From positions 7,029,818 to 7,068,575 of the forward strand of contig NC_069010.1 of assembly GCF_001194135.2 (NCBI RefSeq): a stretch of 38,758 nt of DNA, in the 5' to 3' direction. The translations under genes were made by a program, and so were the position numbers. This DNA is from Octopus bimaculoides. Taxonomy: Eukaryota. The notes below the pieces were generated by a model, which was not told the origin of the DNA, did not search any database, and worked only from the letters and a program-made list of their open reading frames with translations. Below are positions 25,433-36,933 of this stretch, piece by piece (the stretch's first letter is position 1; every line of letters starts with the position of its first letter).

Positions 25433-25452
25433 ATATGTATAAATTTATGTTT

Positions 25453-25503
<51 letters not shown>

Positions 25504-25534
25504 TATATCTATGTATTTATATGTATGTATATAA

Positions 25535-25685
25535 GACAGGCTTCTTTTAGTTTCCATCTACTAAATCCACTCACAAGGCCTTGATCAGCCTGAGGCTGTA
25601 GTAGAAGACACTTGCCCAAGGTATTACACAGTGGGACTGAACCTGGAACCATGTGGTTGGGAGGCAAGTGCCTTACCACACTGCC
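25535..25685 (-). mobile_element. SINE family A head half
   Basis: Homology to the other copies. Confidence 0.85.
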
Positions 25686-26201
25686 TATATACATATAGAC
25701 ACGCATACACACATTCACGAACACATGCATTCACACATACACATTCACACTCACACACACATTCATTGAACACACACACATTCATTGAACACACACACAT
25801 TCATTGAACACACACACACACATTCACATACACACACATACACATTTACACACACACACACACACAAAAGTTGATGTCCGTTTTTCTAAAATTCTGATAC
25901 TTATGAGGTTCCATAATCGAAATTCATTCAGATGACAAAAATGCCACAAATGGATAATTCTAGATGGAAGCCCTCCTGATACGACCCCACACATTCCTGA
26001 TACATGGTAAGCCTTCCAGAAACGACCCACACATTGAGCTGTCATCAGTCGGGAATGAAACCACCCTGGGTTTGGCAAAAAGTGTAACGGTGGGATGCAG
26101 TTGTTCGGGTTAGAATGTGTAAACAACCCCAGAGTGACACAGTTCCATGCTATGTACAACTGGAATGGTGCCAAATTTGGGTAAAACTACCGCCACAGTG
26201 T

Positions 26202-26241
<40 letters not shown>

Positions 26242-26244
<3 letters not shown>

Positions 26245-26429
26245 TCATTTACTCCTTTACTTGTTTCAGTCATTTGACTGCGGCCATTCGACCCCATGAC
26301 TTATTCTTTGGATGCCTAGTATTTATTCTATCGGCCTCTTTTGCCGAACCGCTAAGTTACGGGGAAGTAAACACACCAGTATCGGTTGTCAAGCGATGTT
26401 GGGGGGGACAAACACAGACACACAAACAT

Positions 26430-26460
<31 letters not shown>

Positions 26461-26484
26461 ATACATATATATACGACGGGCTTC
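26242..26484 (-). mobile_element. SINE family A tail half
   Basis: Homology to the other copies. Confidence 0.85.
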
Positions 26485-27159
26485 NNNNNNNNNNNNNNNN
26501 NNNNNNNNNNNNNNNNNNNNNNNNNNNNNNNNNNNNNNNNNNNNNNNNNNNNNNNNNNNNNNNNNNNNNNNNNNNNNNNNNNNNNNNNNNNNNNNNNNNN
26601 NNNNNNNNNNNNNNNNNNNNNNNNNNNNNNNNNNNNNNNNNNNNNNNNNNNNNNNNNNNNNNNNNNNNNNNNNNNNNNNNNNNNNNNNNNNNNNNNNNNN
26701 NNNNNNNNNNNNNNNNNNNNNNNNNNNNNNNNNNNNNNNNNNNNNNNNNNNNNNNNNNNNNNNNNNNNNNNNNNNNNNNNNNNNNNNNNNNNNNNNNNNN
26801 NNNNNNNNNNNNNNNNNNNNNNNNNNNNNNNNNNNNNNNNNNNNNNNNNNNNNNNNNNNNNNNNNNNNNNNNNNNNNNNNNNNNNNNNNNNNNNNNNNNN
26901 NNNNNNNNNNNNNNNNNNNNNNNNNNNNNNNNNNNNNNNNNNNNNNNNNNNNNNNNNNNNNNNNNNNNNNNNNNNNNNNNNNNNNNNNNNNNNNNNNNNN
27001 NNNNNNNNNNNNNNNNNNNNNNNNNNNNNNATAAAGTACAGTCTTACTTGCAAAATGGACGTGTGCGTTCAATGATGTGATAATACAAAAAATATATATG
27101 CATGTATACACACATATATGTATATACTTTCATCTACATGTGTATATAGATGCATGTCA

Positions 27160-27285
27160 GGGTACAGGACGTTAGAACAATGAACTACAGACAACGGAAC
27201 GAACACATAGGAAAACAGATAGCCACTTGGAATTATTCATCAGCTGCCTCTATTCTAACTCGACGTTTCGAATAGCATGCCCTGT
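27160..27285 (-). repeat. Diverged relative of the 189-bp family
   Basis: Shares GTCCTGTACCC and the TTCGAAACG..N18..CTGATGA arrangement. Confidence 0.55.
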
Positions 27286-27745
27286 AGCATTAATTTTCCT
27301 TTAGTTAATATTGGGTATCTGTCATTATAGATACAAGCTAATTAAGTTAATAGACAATTTTAGTTTTAAATACTTGAATTATTATATATTTTCTATAAAT
27401 CTTCTCTATTGGAGTTACTAAGTCGTATATATACCTTACCATGATTTTAGTGATTAGGTTGTCTTATATCCTTTTCTATGGTGTTTCTACCCTACCTGAC
27501 CATTATAATACTTTATAATTGCCTCTAGACAAACCTAAATTTTTGTACCCCTATAAATTCATACTCAGCTTATAAAAAAAAAACAATATGGGTATCTTCG
27601 TAACTTAAAATTAAACTGCTTAGATTATAATTTAACTAATTTATAGTAAATTTGTTCTCTCACCTCAAATGATACTGTTTATATTAATTTTATATATTCA
27701 CATTGATGAATCCCTAAACCAGCCAATTATTTGGATGACAAAAAA

Positions 27746-28100
27746 CAGGAGTGGCTGTGTGGTAAGTAGCTTGCTTACCAACCACATGGTTCCGGGTTCA
27801 TTCCCACTGCGTGGCACCTTGGGCAAGTGTCTTCTACTATAGCCTCGGGCAGACCAAAGCCTTGTGAGTGGATTTGGTAGATGGAAACTGAAAGAAGCCT
27901 GTCGTATATATGTGTATATATATATATATGTGTGTGCGTGTGTGTGTTTGTGTGTCTGTGTTTGTTCCCCCCCCCCACCGATGCTGGCGTGTTTACGTCC
28001 CCGTAACTTAGCAGTTCGGCAAAAAGAGACCGATAGAATAAGTACTAGGCTTACAAAGAATAAGTCCTGGGGGGCGATTTTCTCGACTAATGGCGGTGCT
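27746..28100 (+). mobile_element. SINE family A, near full length
   Basis: caggagtggctgtgtggtaag head through ggcggtgct; ends in a gap. Confidence 0.92.
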
Positions 28101-29171
28101 NNNNNNNNNNNNNNNNNNNNNNNNNNNNNNNNNNNNNNNNNNNNNNNNNNNNNNNNNNNNNNNNNNNNNNNNNNNNNNNNNNNNNNNNNNNNNNNNNNNN
28201 NNNNNNNNNNNNNNNNNNNNNNNNNNNNNNNNNNNNNNNNNNNNNNNNNNNNNNNNNNNNNNNNNNNNNNNNNNNNNNNNNNNNNNNNNNNNNNNNNNNN
28301 NNNNNNNNNNNNNNNNNNNNNNNNNNNNNNNNNNNNNNNNNNNNNNNNNNNNNNNNNNNNNNNNNNNNNNNNNNNNNNNNNNNNNNNNNNNNNNNNNNNN
28401 NNNNNNNNNNNNNNNNNNNNNNNNNNNNNNNNNNNNNNNNNNNNNNNNNNNNNNNNNNNNNNNNNNNNNNNNNNNNNNNNNNNNNNNNNNNNNNNNNNNN
28501 NNNNNNNNNNNNNNNNNNNNNNNNNNNNNNNNNNNNNNNNNNNNNNNNNNNNNNNNNNNNNNNNNNNNNNNNNNNNNNNNNNNNNNNNNNNNNNNNNNNN
28601 NNNNNNNNNNNNNNNNNNNNNNNNNNNNNNNNNNNNNNNNNNNNNNNNNNNNNNNNNNNNNNNNNNNNNNNNNNNNNNNNNNNNNNNNNNNNNNNNNNNN
28701 NNNNNNNNNNNNNNNNNNNNNNNNNNNNNNNNNNNNNNNNNNNNNNNNNNNNNNNNNNNNNNNNNNNNNNNNNNNNNNNNNNNNNNNNNNNNNNNNNNNN
28801 NNNNNNNNNNNNNNNNNNNNNNNNNNNNNNNNNNNNNNNNNNNNNNNNNNNNNNNNNNNNNNNNNNNNNNNNNNNNNNNNNNNNNNNNNNNNNNNNNNNN
28901 NNNNNNNNNNNNNNNNNNNNNNNNNNNNNNNNNNNNNNNNNNNNNNNTCTATCCATCTATCTGTCTGTCTGTCTTCTTCTATCTCTTTTTCTCTCTCCCT
29001 TTCTTTCTCTCTACCTATCTATTTATTTATCTCTGTATCTATCTATCTCTCTATCTATCTATCTATCTATCTATCAATGTCTCTATGCATCTATCTATCT
29101 GTCTGTCTGTTTTCTGTCTATCTCTTTCTCTCTCAATCTGTCTGTCTGTCTGTCTATATATATATACATAT

Positions 29172-29508
29172 AGAAGGGAGCACTCCGTCAGTTACGATGA
29201 CAAGGGTTCCAGCTGATACGATCAACGGAACAGCTTGCTCTTGCTCGTGAAATTAACGTGCAAGTGACTGAGCACTCCACAGACACGTGTACCCCTAACG
29301 TAGTTCTCAGGGAGATTCAGCGTCGTGACACAGAGCGTGACAAGGCCGGTCCTTTGAAATACAGGTACAAATCATTTTTGCCAGCTGAGTGGACTGGAGC
29401 AACATGAAATAAAGTGTCTTGCTCAAGGACACAATGCGTCGCCAGGGATTGAACTCATGACCATATGATCCTGAGCTGAATGCTCTAACCACTAAGCCAC
29501 ACACCTTC
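29172..29508 (-). mobile_element. tRNA-derived SINE family C
   Basis: Head GTGGCTTAGTGG (A box), GAGTTCAATCCC (B box), then GTGTCCTTGAGCAAGACACTT core. Confidence 0.8.
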
Positions 29509-29575
29509 ATATATGTAACTATATGTGAATCATTGGCAATTTTTTTTTCTCCATCTTCCTTTTCATTGGAATTTC

Positions 29576-30476
29576 GGATCTATTTTAAAACGGGAGCCAC
29601 ATTTTTCATTAATGTTTTACGTAGTGTTTTTGGTACGGAAAGACTTTCAAACTTCGTATACTTATCTATTTTGTGTTATAGAACAGAAAAATATTTTTGT
29701 ATTCGAATTTATTTCATGCAAAAAATTGTCTTATTTCGATAATTTTAACCAATCACTGACAAGTATTCAGTTGTTTACATTGACTCCTTTGGCTGATTAA
29801 GCGATGTAAAGCGTATTTAATCTCCATACCTTCGTTTTATTTGCTTTTTTCATATTTTTTTTCTTCGTTTTATTTGCTTTTTTCTTTTTAAATTTGCTGT
29901 TTTACCCTAACCCTAACCCTAGGGTTAGGGNNNNNNNNNNNNNNNNNNNNNNNNNNNNNNNNNNNNNNNNNNNNNNNNNNNNNNNNNNNNNNNNNNNNNN
30001 NNNNNNNNNNNNNNNNNNNNNNNNNNNNNNNNNNNNNNNNNNNNNNNNNNNNNNNNNNNNNNNNNNNNNNNNNNNNNNNNNNNNNNNNNNNNNNNNNNNN
30101 NNNNNNNNNNNNNNNNNNNNNNNNNNNNNNNNNNNNNNNNNNNNNNNNNNNNNNNNNNNNNNNNNNNNNNNNNNNNNNNNNNNNNNNNNNNNNNNNNNNN
30201 NNNNNNNNNNNNNNNNNNNNNNNNNGGTTAGGGCTAATTATTTCAGAATCGTTTGTTTATGTAGTCGGCACTTAATGTATATCGGCTGAATGGACGTCAG
30301 TGATTGGTTGAAATTACAGAAATACGACAACTTTAACATGGAATAACTTAGGGATTTCTTTTTTTTTTTAAGAAGACTAAGAGAAAAAGATGTCTTATAT
30401 GACACATTCTACCAGTGTTCCAAGTTTCAAAGTGTTTCGTTAATGAAAAATGTGGCCCCCATTTTAAAAAAGATCC
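29576..30476. mobile_element. Long-TIR DNA element with a (CCCTAA)n(TTAGGG)n centre
   Basis: GGATCTATTTTAAAACGGGAGCCACATTTTTCATTAA pairs with TTAATGAAAAATGTGGCCCCCATTTTAAAAAAGATCC. Flanks GGAATTTC and GGAACTTC match 7/8. Telomeric repeats lie on both sides of the gap. Confidence 0.7.
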
Positions 30477-30490
30477 GGAACTTCCTCTGT

Positions 30491-30600
30491 GGAATTTCCT
30501 CTGTTTCCGAAGAAGAGCTTTCTTTCCTTCCCTGAGTATCTGCTAATACTTTTTACATTTACCATGTCTTTCTATTGTTTTTTGTGCTTGTTCTTCATTT
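30491..30600 (+). repeat. Degenerate Penelope-like terminal fragment with half a hammerhead (CCGAAGA-AGAGCU)
   Basis: 30507-30519 resembles the 5' half of the 33573-33609 motif; the GAAAC half is absent. Confidence 0.4.
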
Positions 30601-30613
30601 TTTGGGGGATTTA

Positions 30614-30645
<32 letters not shown>

Positions 30646-30737
30646 GTTTTCCTGTCTTGTTTTCTGTCCGCCACTACATTCCTCCATGGCACAGGTTTAA
30701 TTTGTGTATACAAATTTAACTTGCGGTCCATGGGAAG

Positions 30738-31116
30738 AGCCATTTTAACGATGCGTCCTGCCCAACTCTTCGAAACGCCGGTGTTAAAACGGGGGTAGCT
30801 GATGAGGGAAAATGTTCTCTATGTGGCTTGTGTGTTTTCTGTACTCTGGTTATTACTATTTTCTTGTCTATGTTTTGTTTGCAATGTCCTGTACCCAGAT
30901 ATGCACCTATATATACAGGTAGACGTAGCCATTTTAACGATGCGTCCTGCCCAACTCTTTGAAACGCCAGTGTTTAAATGGGGGTAGCTGATGAGGGAAA
31001 ATGTTCTCTATGTGGCTTGTGTGTTTTCTGTACTCTGGTTATTATTATTTTCTTGTCTATGTTTTGTTTGCAATGTCCTGTACCCAGATATGCACCTATA
31101 TATACAGGTAGACGTA
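30738..31116 (+). repeat. Two tandem 189-bp units
   Basis: Units start at 30738 and 30927 and are near-identical. Confidence 0.92.
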
Positions 31117-31166
31117 GGTATGCACATACCTGTACGTATATATGCATATACTCATTTATTATTTGT

Positions 31167-31217
<51 letters not shown>

Positions 31218-31851
31218 ATATATACACACACATTGAGTGTCTACATGGCATGAATATGTATANNNNNNNNNNNNNNNNNNNNNNNNNNNNNNNNNNNNNN
31301 NNNNNNNNNNNNNNNNNNNNNNNNNNNNNNNNNNNNNNNNNNNNNNNNNNNNNNNNNNNNNNNNNNNNNNNNNNNNNNNNNNNNNNNNNNNNNNNNNNNN
31401 NNNNNNNNNNNNNNNNNNNNNNNNNNNNNNNNNNNNNNNNNNNNNNNNNNNNNNNNNNNNNNNNNNNNNNNNNNNNNNNNNNNNNNNNNNNNNNNNNNNN
31501 NNNNNNNNGGTAATGTAAAAGGAGAAAGGGCTCTATACCCCTTTCTTATTTTTTCTGACCAGGCTCCCATGGTTTTATGGGTTTTTCCACGTGTAACCTT
31601 TCCTTTTTCGAAGCGCCTCCCCCTTTGGGAGTTCTACTTATTTATTTCTCTATTTATTTATCTATTTATTCATTATATCTTTCTCCGTTTTCTTCCTCTG
31701 TTTAGACGAACTTTCCTACCTTTTCGGACAAAACCTTCTGTAACCTTCGTCCTGTCTTTGTCCTTAGATGTTTTTAATTGATATTAGCCCTTGTGGCCAA
31801 TAAAACGAATTAATTATTATCATTATTATTATTATTAATGTTGTTGTTGTT

Positions 31852-32145
31852 AAGGCTGCAAGTTGGCAGAAACATTAGCACACCTGGCATCTACCGTTCT
31901 GTTCTGAGTTCAAATTCCGTCAAGGTTGACTTTGCCTTTCATCCTTTTGGGGGAGGCAATAAATTAAGTACCAGTTGCATACTGAGGTCGATTTAATCGG
32001 CTGCCCCCCNNNNNNNNNNTGCCTTTCATCCTTTTGGGGGAGGCAATAAATTAAGTACCAGTTGCATACTGAGGTCGATTTAATCGGCTGCCCCCCCCCC
32101 TTCCCCTAGAATTTCGGGCCCTGTGCCTAGAGCAGAAAAGAATAT
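31852..32145 (+). mobile_element. SINE family B (with a duplicate across a 10-N gap)
   Basis: gagttcaaattccgtcaaggttgactttgcctttc... Confidence 0.8.
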
Positions 32146-32186
32146 TATAATTGTTGTAAGTGTTATTGTTGTTTTTATCATTGTAC

Positions 32187-32340
32187 GTGCAGGCGGTAAG
32201 AAGCTTGCTTCCCAACCACATGGTTCTGGGTTCAGTCCCACTACATGGCACCTTGGGAAGTGTCTTCTATTATAGCCTCCAGACAACCAAAGCCTTGTGA
32301 GTGGATCTGGTAGATGGAAACTAAAAGACGCCCAGCATAT
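32187..32340 (+). mobile_element. SINE family A head half
   Basis: Homology to the other copies. Confidence 0.85.
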
Positions 32341-32419
32341 ATGTATATATCTTTTATCTTTTTCATGTTTCAGTCATCTGTGTCCTTGTGGTAAATACTT
32401 GAAATCATTATCATTATCA

Positions 32420-32463
<44 letters not shown>

Positions 32464-32664
32464 TCAATTTTGTTTCCATTTCTTGCTGAGTGTCTTCCCA
32501 ACACTTAGGGCAAAGAAACTATCATTATTATTATCATCATCATCATCACCATCTCTGTAGTTAGTATTCGTGTTGTTGTTGTTGTTTTGGTCTTCCTCTG
32601 CCCACACCTCTGTAAAACCAACCCTTACTTCCAGGAAGCCCTCCACAGGGGCATCATTGTCATC

Positions 32665-33030
32665 TGAGACCTGCTAGAAATAGCTACACACAGCCCCTTT
32701 CCTTCACTTCCATCAAATTGCACCAAAAGATGAGATGGGATGATCTTGGAATATATTAAGAAATGAAGGAGACATTGGTCATGTAGTCCTAGATAGACCA
32801 TGCCTGAAAAACAGATGGGATGGTCACAGCTGGAGTGTCTTTGTATATATATTGAGGAGAAATGAACGACACATTGAGTGACGTAGTCCTAGCTATACTA
32901 TGTCTGAACACAGATGCAATGGTCATTACTAGAGCATTTTTGTATGTATTAAGAAATGATAAACACATTGGGAAATGTAGTCCAAGATAGACTTTGTCTG
33001 AAAACAGATGGGGTGGTCACTGTTGGACCA
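32665..33030 (+). repeat. Dispersed repeat with three roughly 95-100-bp tandem subunits
   Basis: gtagtcc.ag.ta at about 32783, 32883 and 32978; the leading gacctgctagaaatagc matches the 13003-13376 units. Confidence 0.7.
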
Positions 33031-33170
33031 CATATCATTAAACATTATCAAATGTATAATGTTATCAAAATTAATGGCACCCAGAGAATTTTATGTGCTT
33101 TGTTATCAGCTTAATATGATTAATCACTTATTTACATAATCCTGTTATTGTTATCAGTCGGTTCATCTTC

Positions 33171-33440
33171 GCTTGATCGCAATATGGTTCTGGGTTCAGT
33201 CCCATTGCGTGTCACCTTGGGCAAGTGTCTTCTACTAATCCTCAGGCCAACCAAAGCCTTGTGAGTGGATTTGGTATACGTAAACTGGAAGAATCCTGTC
33301 AACTATATTTATATATATGTATGTATTTATTTGTGTGTGTGTGTCTGTGTTTCTCCCTCCGCATCGATGCTGGTGTGTTTATGTCCCCGTAACTTAGTGG
33401 TTCAGCAACAGTGACCAATAGCATAAGCACTAGGCTTATA
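33171..33440 (+). mobile_element. SINE family A, degenerate
   Basis: Homology to the other copies. Confidence 0.85.
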
Positions 33441-33442
33441 TA

Positions 33443-33481
<39 letters not shown>

Positions 33482-33484
<3 letters not shown>

Positions 33485-33635
33485 GAGAATATACAAATAA
33501 TAACAACAGACGAGGACAGGTGGTGTAAATAATAAAAGTATATATTAGTATGACGCTAGGGAATACGGAAAGTCTTTGACGTTTCGAGCTACGCTCTTCA
33601 ACAGAAAGAATACGGAGACAAGGAGAAAAACACGC
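33482..33635 (-). mobile_element. Penelope-like terminal fragment with a hammerhead
   Basis: Carries the motif at 33573-33609; its 3' end abuts (AT)n. Confidence 0.6.
33573..33609 (-). ncRNA. Minimal type-I hammerhead motif, CUGUUGA core variant
   Basis: UCUUU CUGUUGA A GAGC GUA GCUC GAAA CG UC | AAAGA. 5-bp helix I, 4-bp helix II, palindromic ACGU. Predicted cleavage between 33578 and 33577. Confidence 0.65.
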
Positions 33636-34166
33636 ACATATAAGGAAGTCGTTTATAATAATCGTCGATGATTACAATAAGCGGCTTCTACGATATTAGT
33701 AATAAACGGGAGGCAACACCTTATCAAATAATGATGTTTTCCTTGATGGGACTGACTGGGGATGGAGGAGAAAAGAAACAGGGATGGTCACCGTTGGATT
33801 GCTTTTGACCCTATCTGTTACATGAAATATGTATGGTATGCAAATCATGGGACACCACGTGGATGTAAATATATATACATATATATATATATATACATTA
33901 TATAACACACACACACATATGTATGTATGTGTGTGTATGTATGTATGTATGTATAAATGTACCCTACACCTTGTTTTTGCATACCATTTCACACACCCTT
34001 CCCTCCACAAATATTTACACACACTCACACACACGCACGTACACACATACGCGCACACATACACACACACATGAGCGCGCGCGCACGCACACATCTGGAT
34101 ACCCACTCATCACCATGAGGTCACGTGAGTATTTATTCCATGATTCAAAGAAAATTGACGACGACG

Positions 34167-34210
<44 letters not shown>

Positions 34211-34340
34211 TAAATAAATAAATGAATAAATTGCTGGTCGGTGTTGACTAATATCGAACTCTGCTTCCGCTTGTTCATCAGCGTCAGAGATGGCTTTACT
34301 GACAGGTCACAAATACGTGATGATGACACAGCACTCCCAT

Positions 34341-34349
<9 letters not shown>

Positions 34350-34372
<23 letters not shown>

Positions 34373-34620
34373 GGGGAAAATGAAAACGTACGCAAACATA
34401 CACATACATACATTAGACACACATACTAGCACACACAAACACATATATATTTGCATGCACAAGCAAACACACACACGCACACACACACACACACACAAGG
34501 GGAAAATGAAAACGTACGCAAACATACACATACATACATTAGACACACATACTAGCACACACAAACACATATATATTTGCATACACAAGCAAACACACAC
34601 ACACACACGAACGCATATAT
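34350..34620. repeat. Tandem 126-bp duplication in a CA-rich tract
   Basis: aaggggaaaatgaaaacgtacgc at about 34371 and 34497. Confidence 0.9.
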
Positions 34621-34906
34621 ACATACACACTCGTTCGTACACATATATGCACACATTCATACACGTACACGCACATACATACATACCTACATACGTACAC
34701 GTATTCGAACATACGCACACATCTACATACATACAAACACACATGTATACCAACACATAATATATACACATACATACAAACCCATGAATCTACACATTTA
34801 TGCACAGAAACATTCACACATACATACACACACATATATATATATATATGTATATTCAGACGAGCGCGCGCACACACACGTTCGTATTTCTATAAGGAAA
34901 AGGGAT

Positions 34907-35035
34907 GTCTTGGCAGAATCGTTCAAGAAGCTGACAAATCTCTTTGCGATAATCGTTTCGACTCTGTACACGCTGAGTTCAAATCCAGCCGAGGCCATCT
35001 TTACCTTTTATTCTTTCAGGGTCGATAAAAGTTCT
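34907..35035 (+). mobile_element. SINE family B, degenerate head
   Basis: ttggcagaatcgtt...ctgagttcaaatccagccgagg...gggtcgataaaa. Confidence 0.7.
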
Positions 35036-35491
35036 AGTCAAACACGAAGTTGCATTCTTCACCATGCCCACACCAATGTGCCCCCCCCCCATCGACTTTG
35101 TTTCTTCATAACTTCCAGAAAAATGGATATTTTTCAATGAAATTTTCTACACATACGCTTCATGAGTAGATTCTGATTATATCTAAATTTAGGTGGGGGA
35201 GGGGGGAGGAACTTTTCCTANNNNNNNNNNNNNNNNNNNNNNNNNNNNNNNNNNNNNNNNNNNNNNNNNNNNNNNNNNNNNNNNNNNNNNNNNNNNNNNN
35301 NNNNNNNNNNNNNNNNNNNNNNNNNNNNNNNNNNNNNNNNNNNNNNNNNNNNNNNNNNNNNNNNNNNNNNNNNNNNNNNNNNNNNNNNNNNNNNNNNNNN
35401 NNNNNNNNNNNNNNNNNNNNNNNNNNNNNNNNNNNNNNNNNNNNNNNNNNNNNNNNNNNNNNNNNNNNNNNNNNNNNNNNNNNNNNNNNNN

Positions 35492-35876
35492 TAACCCTAA
35501 CCCTAACCCTAACCCTAACTCTAGAATCCGAACTCTAAAATTGTTACACACATAGATACGCACAGCGTAATTTATTATATAAACAATATATGCGTATAAA
35601 TTATGATTAAACCGGATGAAATATGTCACAGGGAATAACATTTTTATGACCGCCCAGCAGTAACTCTATTCAGCTGAATAGACGTCAGTGATTGGTTGAA
35701 ATTACAGAAATACGACAACTTTAACATGAAATAACTTGCGATGTACATTTTTTTGTTAAGAAGACTAAGAGTAAAAGATGTTTTATATGACACATTGTAC
35801 CAGTGTCCCAAGTTTCAAAGTGATTCGTTAGTGTTTCGTTAAGAAAATACTGGCGCCCCCGTTTTAAAATAGATCC
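35492..35876. mobile_element. Right arm of the long-TIR family, preceded by (CCCTAA)n
   Basis: Homologous to about 30290-30476; ends AAAATAGATCC. Confidence 0.7.
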
Positions 35877-36008
35877 GATGAGTCATCTATTTACCTTGGT
35901 TAAGATATTGAACAAGTAACAGTCTTGTTATTATCTCCGAAAGATCGCCAAACTGTCCTATGTTAACTTAAAATTACAAGAAATAAAATGGCAATACATT
36001 GTACCTAC

Positions 36009-36167
36009 AAAAGTTTCTTATAGAGATTAAACATTGTACCACGAACCTGTACCAAACTTTGTCGATCGTCTCTGATATCTATTGAACACGAACTTAGCTC
36101 TCAATTTGATTATTCTGGTCTGATCAATGATTTCGCGAAGCGAAAAGTGCACCGTGTTTGTCTTTGA
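36009..36167 (+). pseudogene. hAT transposase C-terminal remnant
   Basis: KSFL*RLNIVPRTCTKLCRSSLISIEHELSSQFDYSGLINDFAKRKVHRVCL*; resembles the hAT end pattern L.SIE...LD(Y/F)..II..FA.RK (from memory). Confidence 0.65.
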
Positions 36168-36493
36168 AAGTTGCCTGGATCATAAAAGTGCTCTTTTATT
36201 CATATCTGGAAAGTTTTAATTATTGAAATTTGGAAGAGATCTGGATATATTTTACTTGTTGTACTGAATCTTAATTGAAGAGATGGGGTCCCGAAGCAAA
36301 AAGGTTGCAGGGGGCCTCTAAAAGGCAGACGACGCGCCAGATTAATATTAGTATTACTCAAATTAGACATAGAACTGTGAATTTCTATTCAAAATGTAAA
36401 TTATGTAAACTTAATTCAATTGGGATACGGATATATGGCACTGAAGTAAATTGGATTAATAATACCCTATAAATTGTAAACATTTAAAACAAG

Positions 36494-36682
36494 GGTAACT
36501 TTTCAGATTAACACCCGCACGATTTTCACTAGGGTGTTAGGGTTTAGGGTTTTAGGGTCAGGGTTAGGGTTTGTTTTAGTTTTAGGGTTACGATTACGGT
36601 TAGGGTTAGGGATAGAATTCCCTAATACCCTAACCATAACGCCCTAGTGAAAATCGTGCGGGTGTTAATCTGAAAATTTACC
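36494..36682. mobile_element. Merlin-like MITE (189 bp) with a telomere-like core
   Basis: 41-bp TIRs with one mismatch (GGTAA...TTACC). Perfect 8-bp TSD AAAACAAG at 36486-36493 and 36683-36690. Core is TTAGGG-like, then CCCTAA-like. Confidence 0.85.
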
Positions 36683-36820
36683 AAAACAAGCCATAATTTT
36701 CTTAAGCGCACACACTGAAAAATAAGAAAGCGTATAATTTTAAAGAATAATAAGTTTTGAATGATCCAACGATGCCATATAATACAAAAAATGGACTATA
36801 TACCTGTTGTAATTTGGTTA

Positions 36821-36878
36821 TCCATAGTCCGATGATATTTCGGAATTACAATTCCTTCTTCAGATCTTCTTAGATGGA
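36821..36878 (-). ncRNA. Type-I hammerhead motif, intact core
   Basis: UCCAU...GAU CUGAAGA A GGAAU UGUA AUUCC GAAA UA UC | AUC GGACU AUGGA. Predicted cleavage between 36834 and 36833. Confidence 0.72.
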
Positions 36879-36897
36879 ATCTCTGCAGATCTTCGAA

Positions 36898-36933
36898 GAT
36901 CTGGAGAAGGAATTGTAATTCCGAAATATCATC
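36898..36933 (+). ncRNA. Hammerhead motif with core change CUGGAGA (A6G)
   Basis: Mirror of 36821-36878 with one core substitution at 36904. Confidence 0.5.

Noticed and set aside
25935-26010. KWIILDG resembling a dynein heavy chain AAA2 motif, with a strong GTAAGC donor
   Set aside because: There is an in-frame stop just upstream, no acceptor that includes the motif, and the downstream residues do not match dynein
29904-30232. Ancestral telomere-telomere chromosome fusion site
   Set aside because: Polarity is (CCCTAA)n(TTAGGG)n, the reverse of an end-to-end fusion, and it lies inside a TIR element
31932-32100. Direct duplication across a 10-N gap
   Set aside because: Likely assembly overlap artefact
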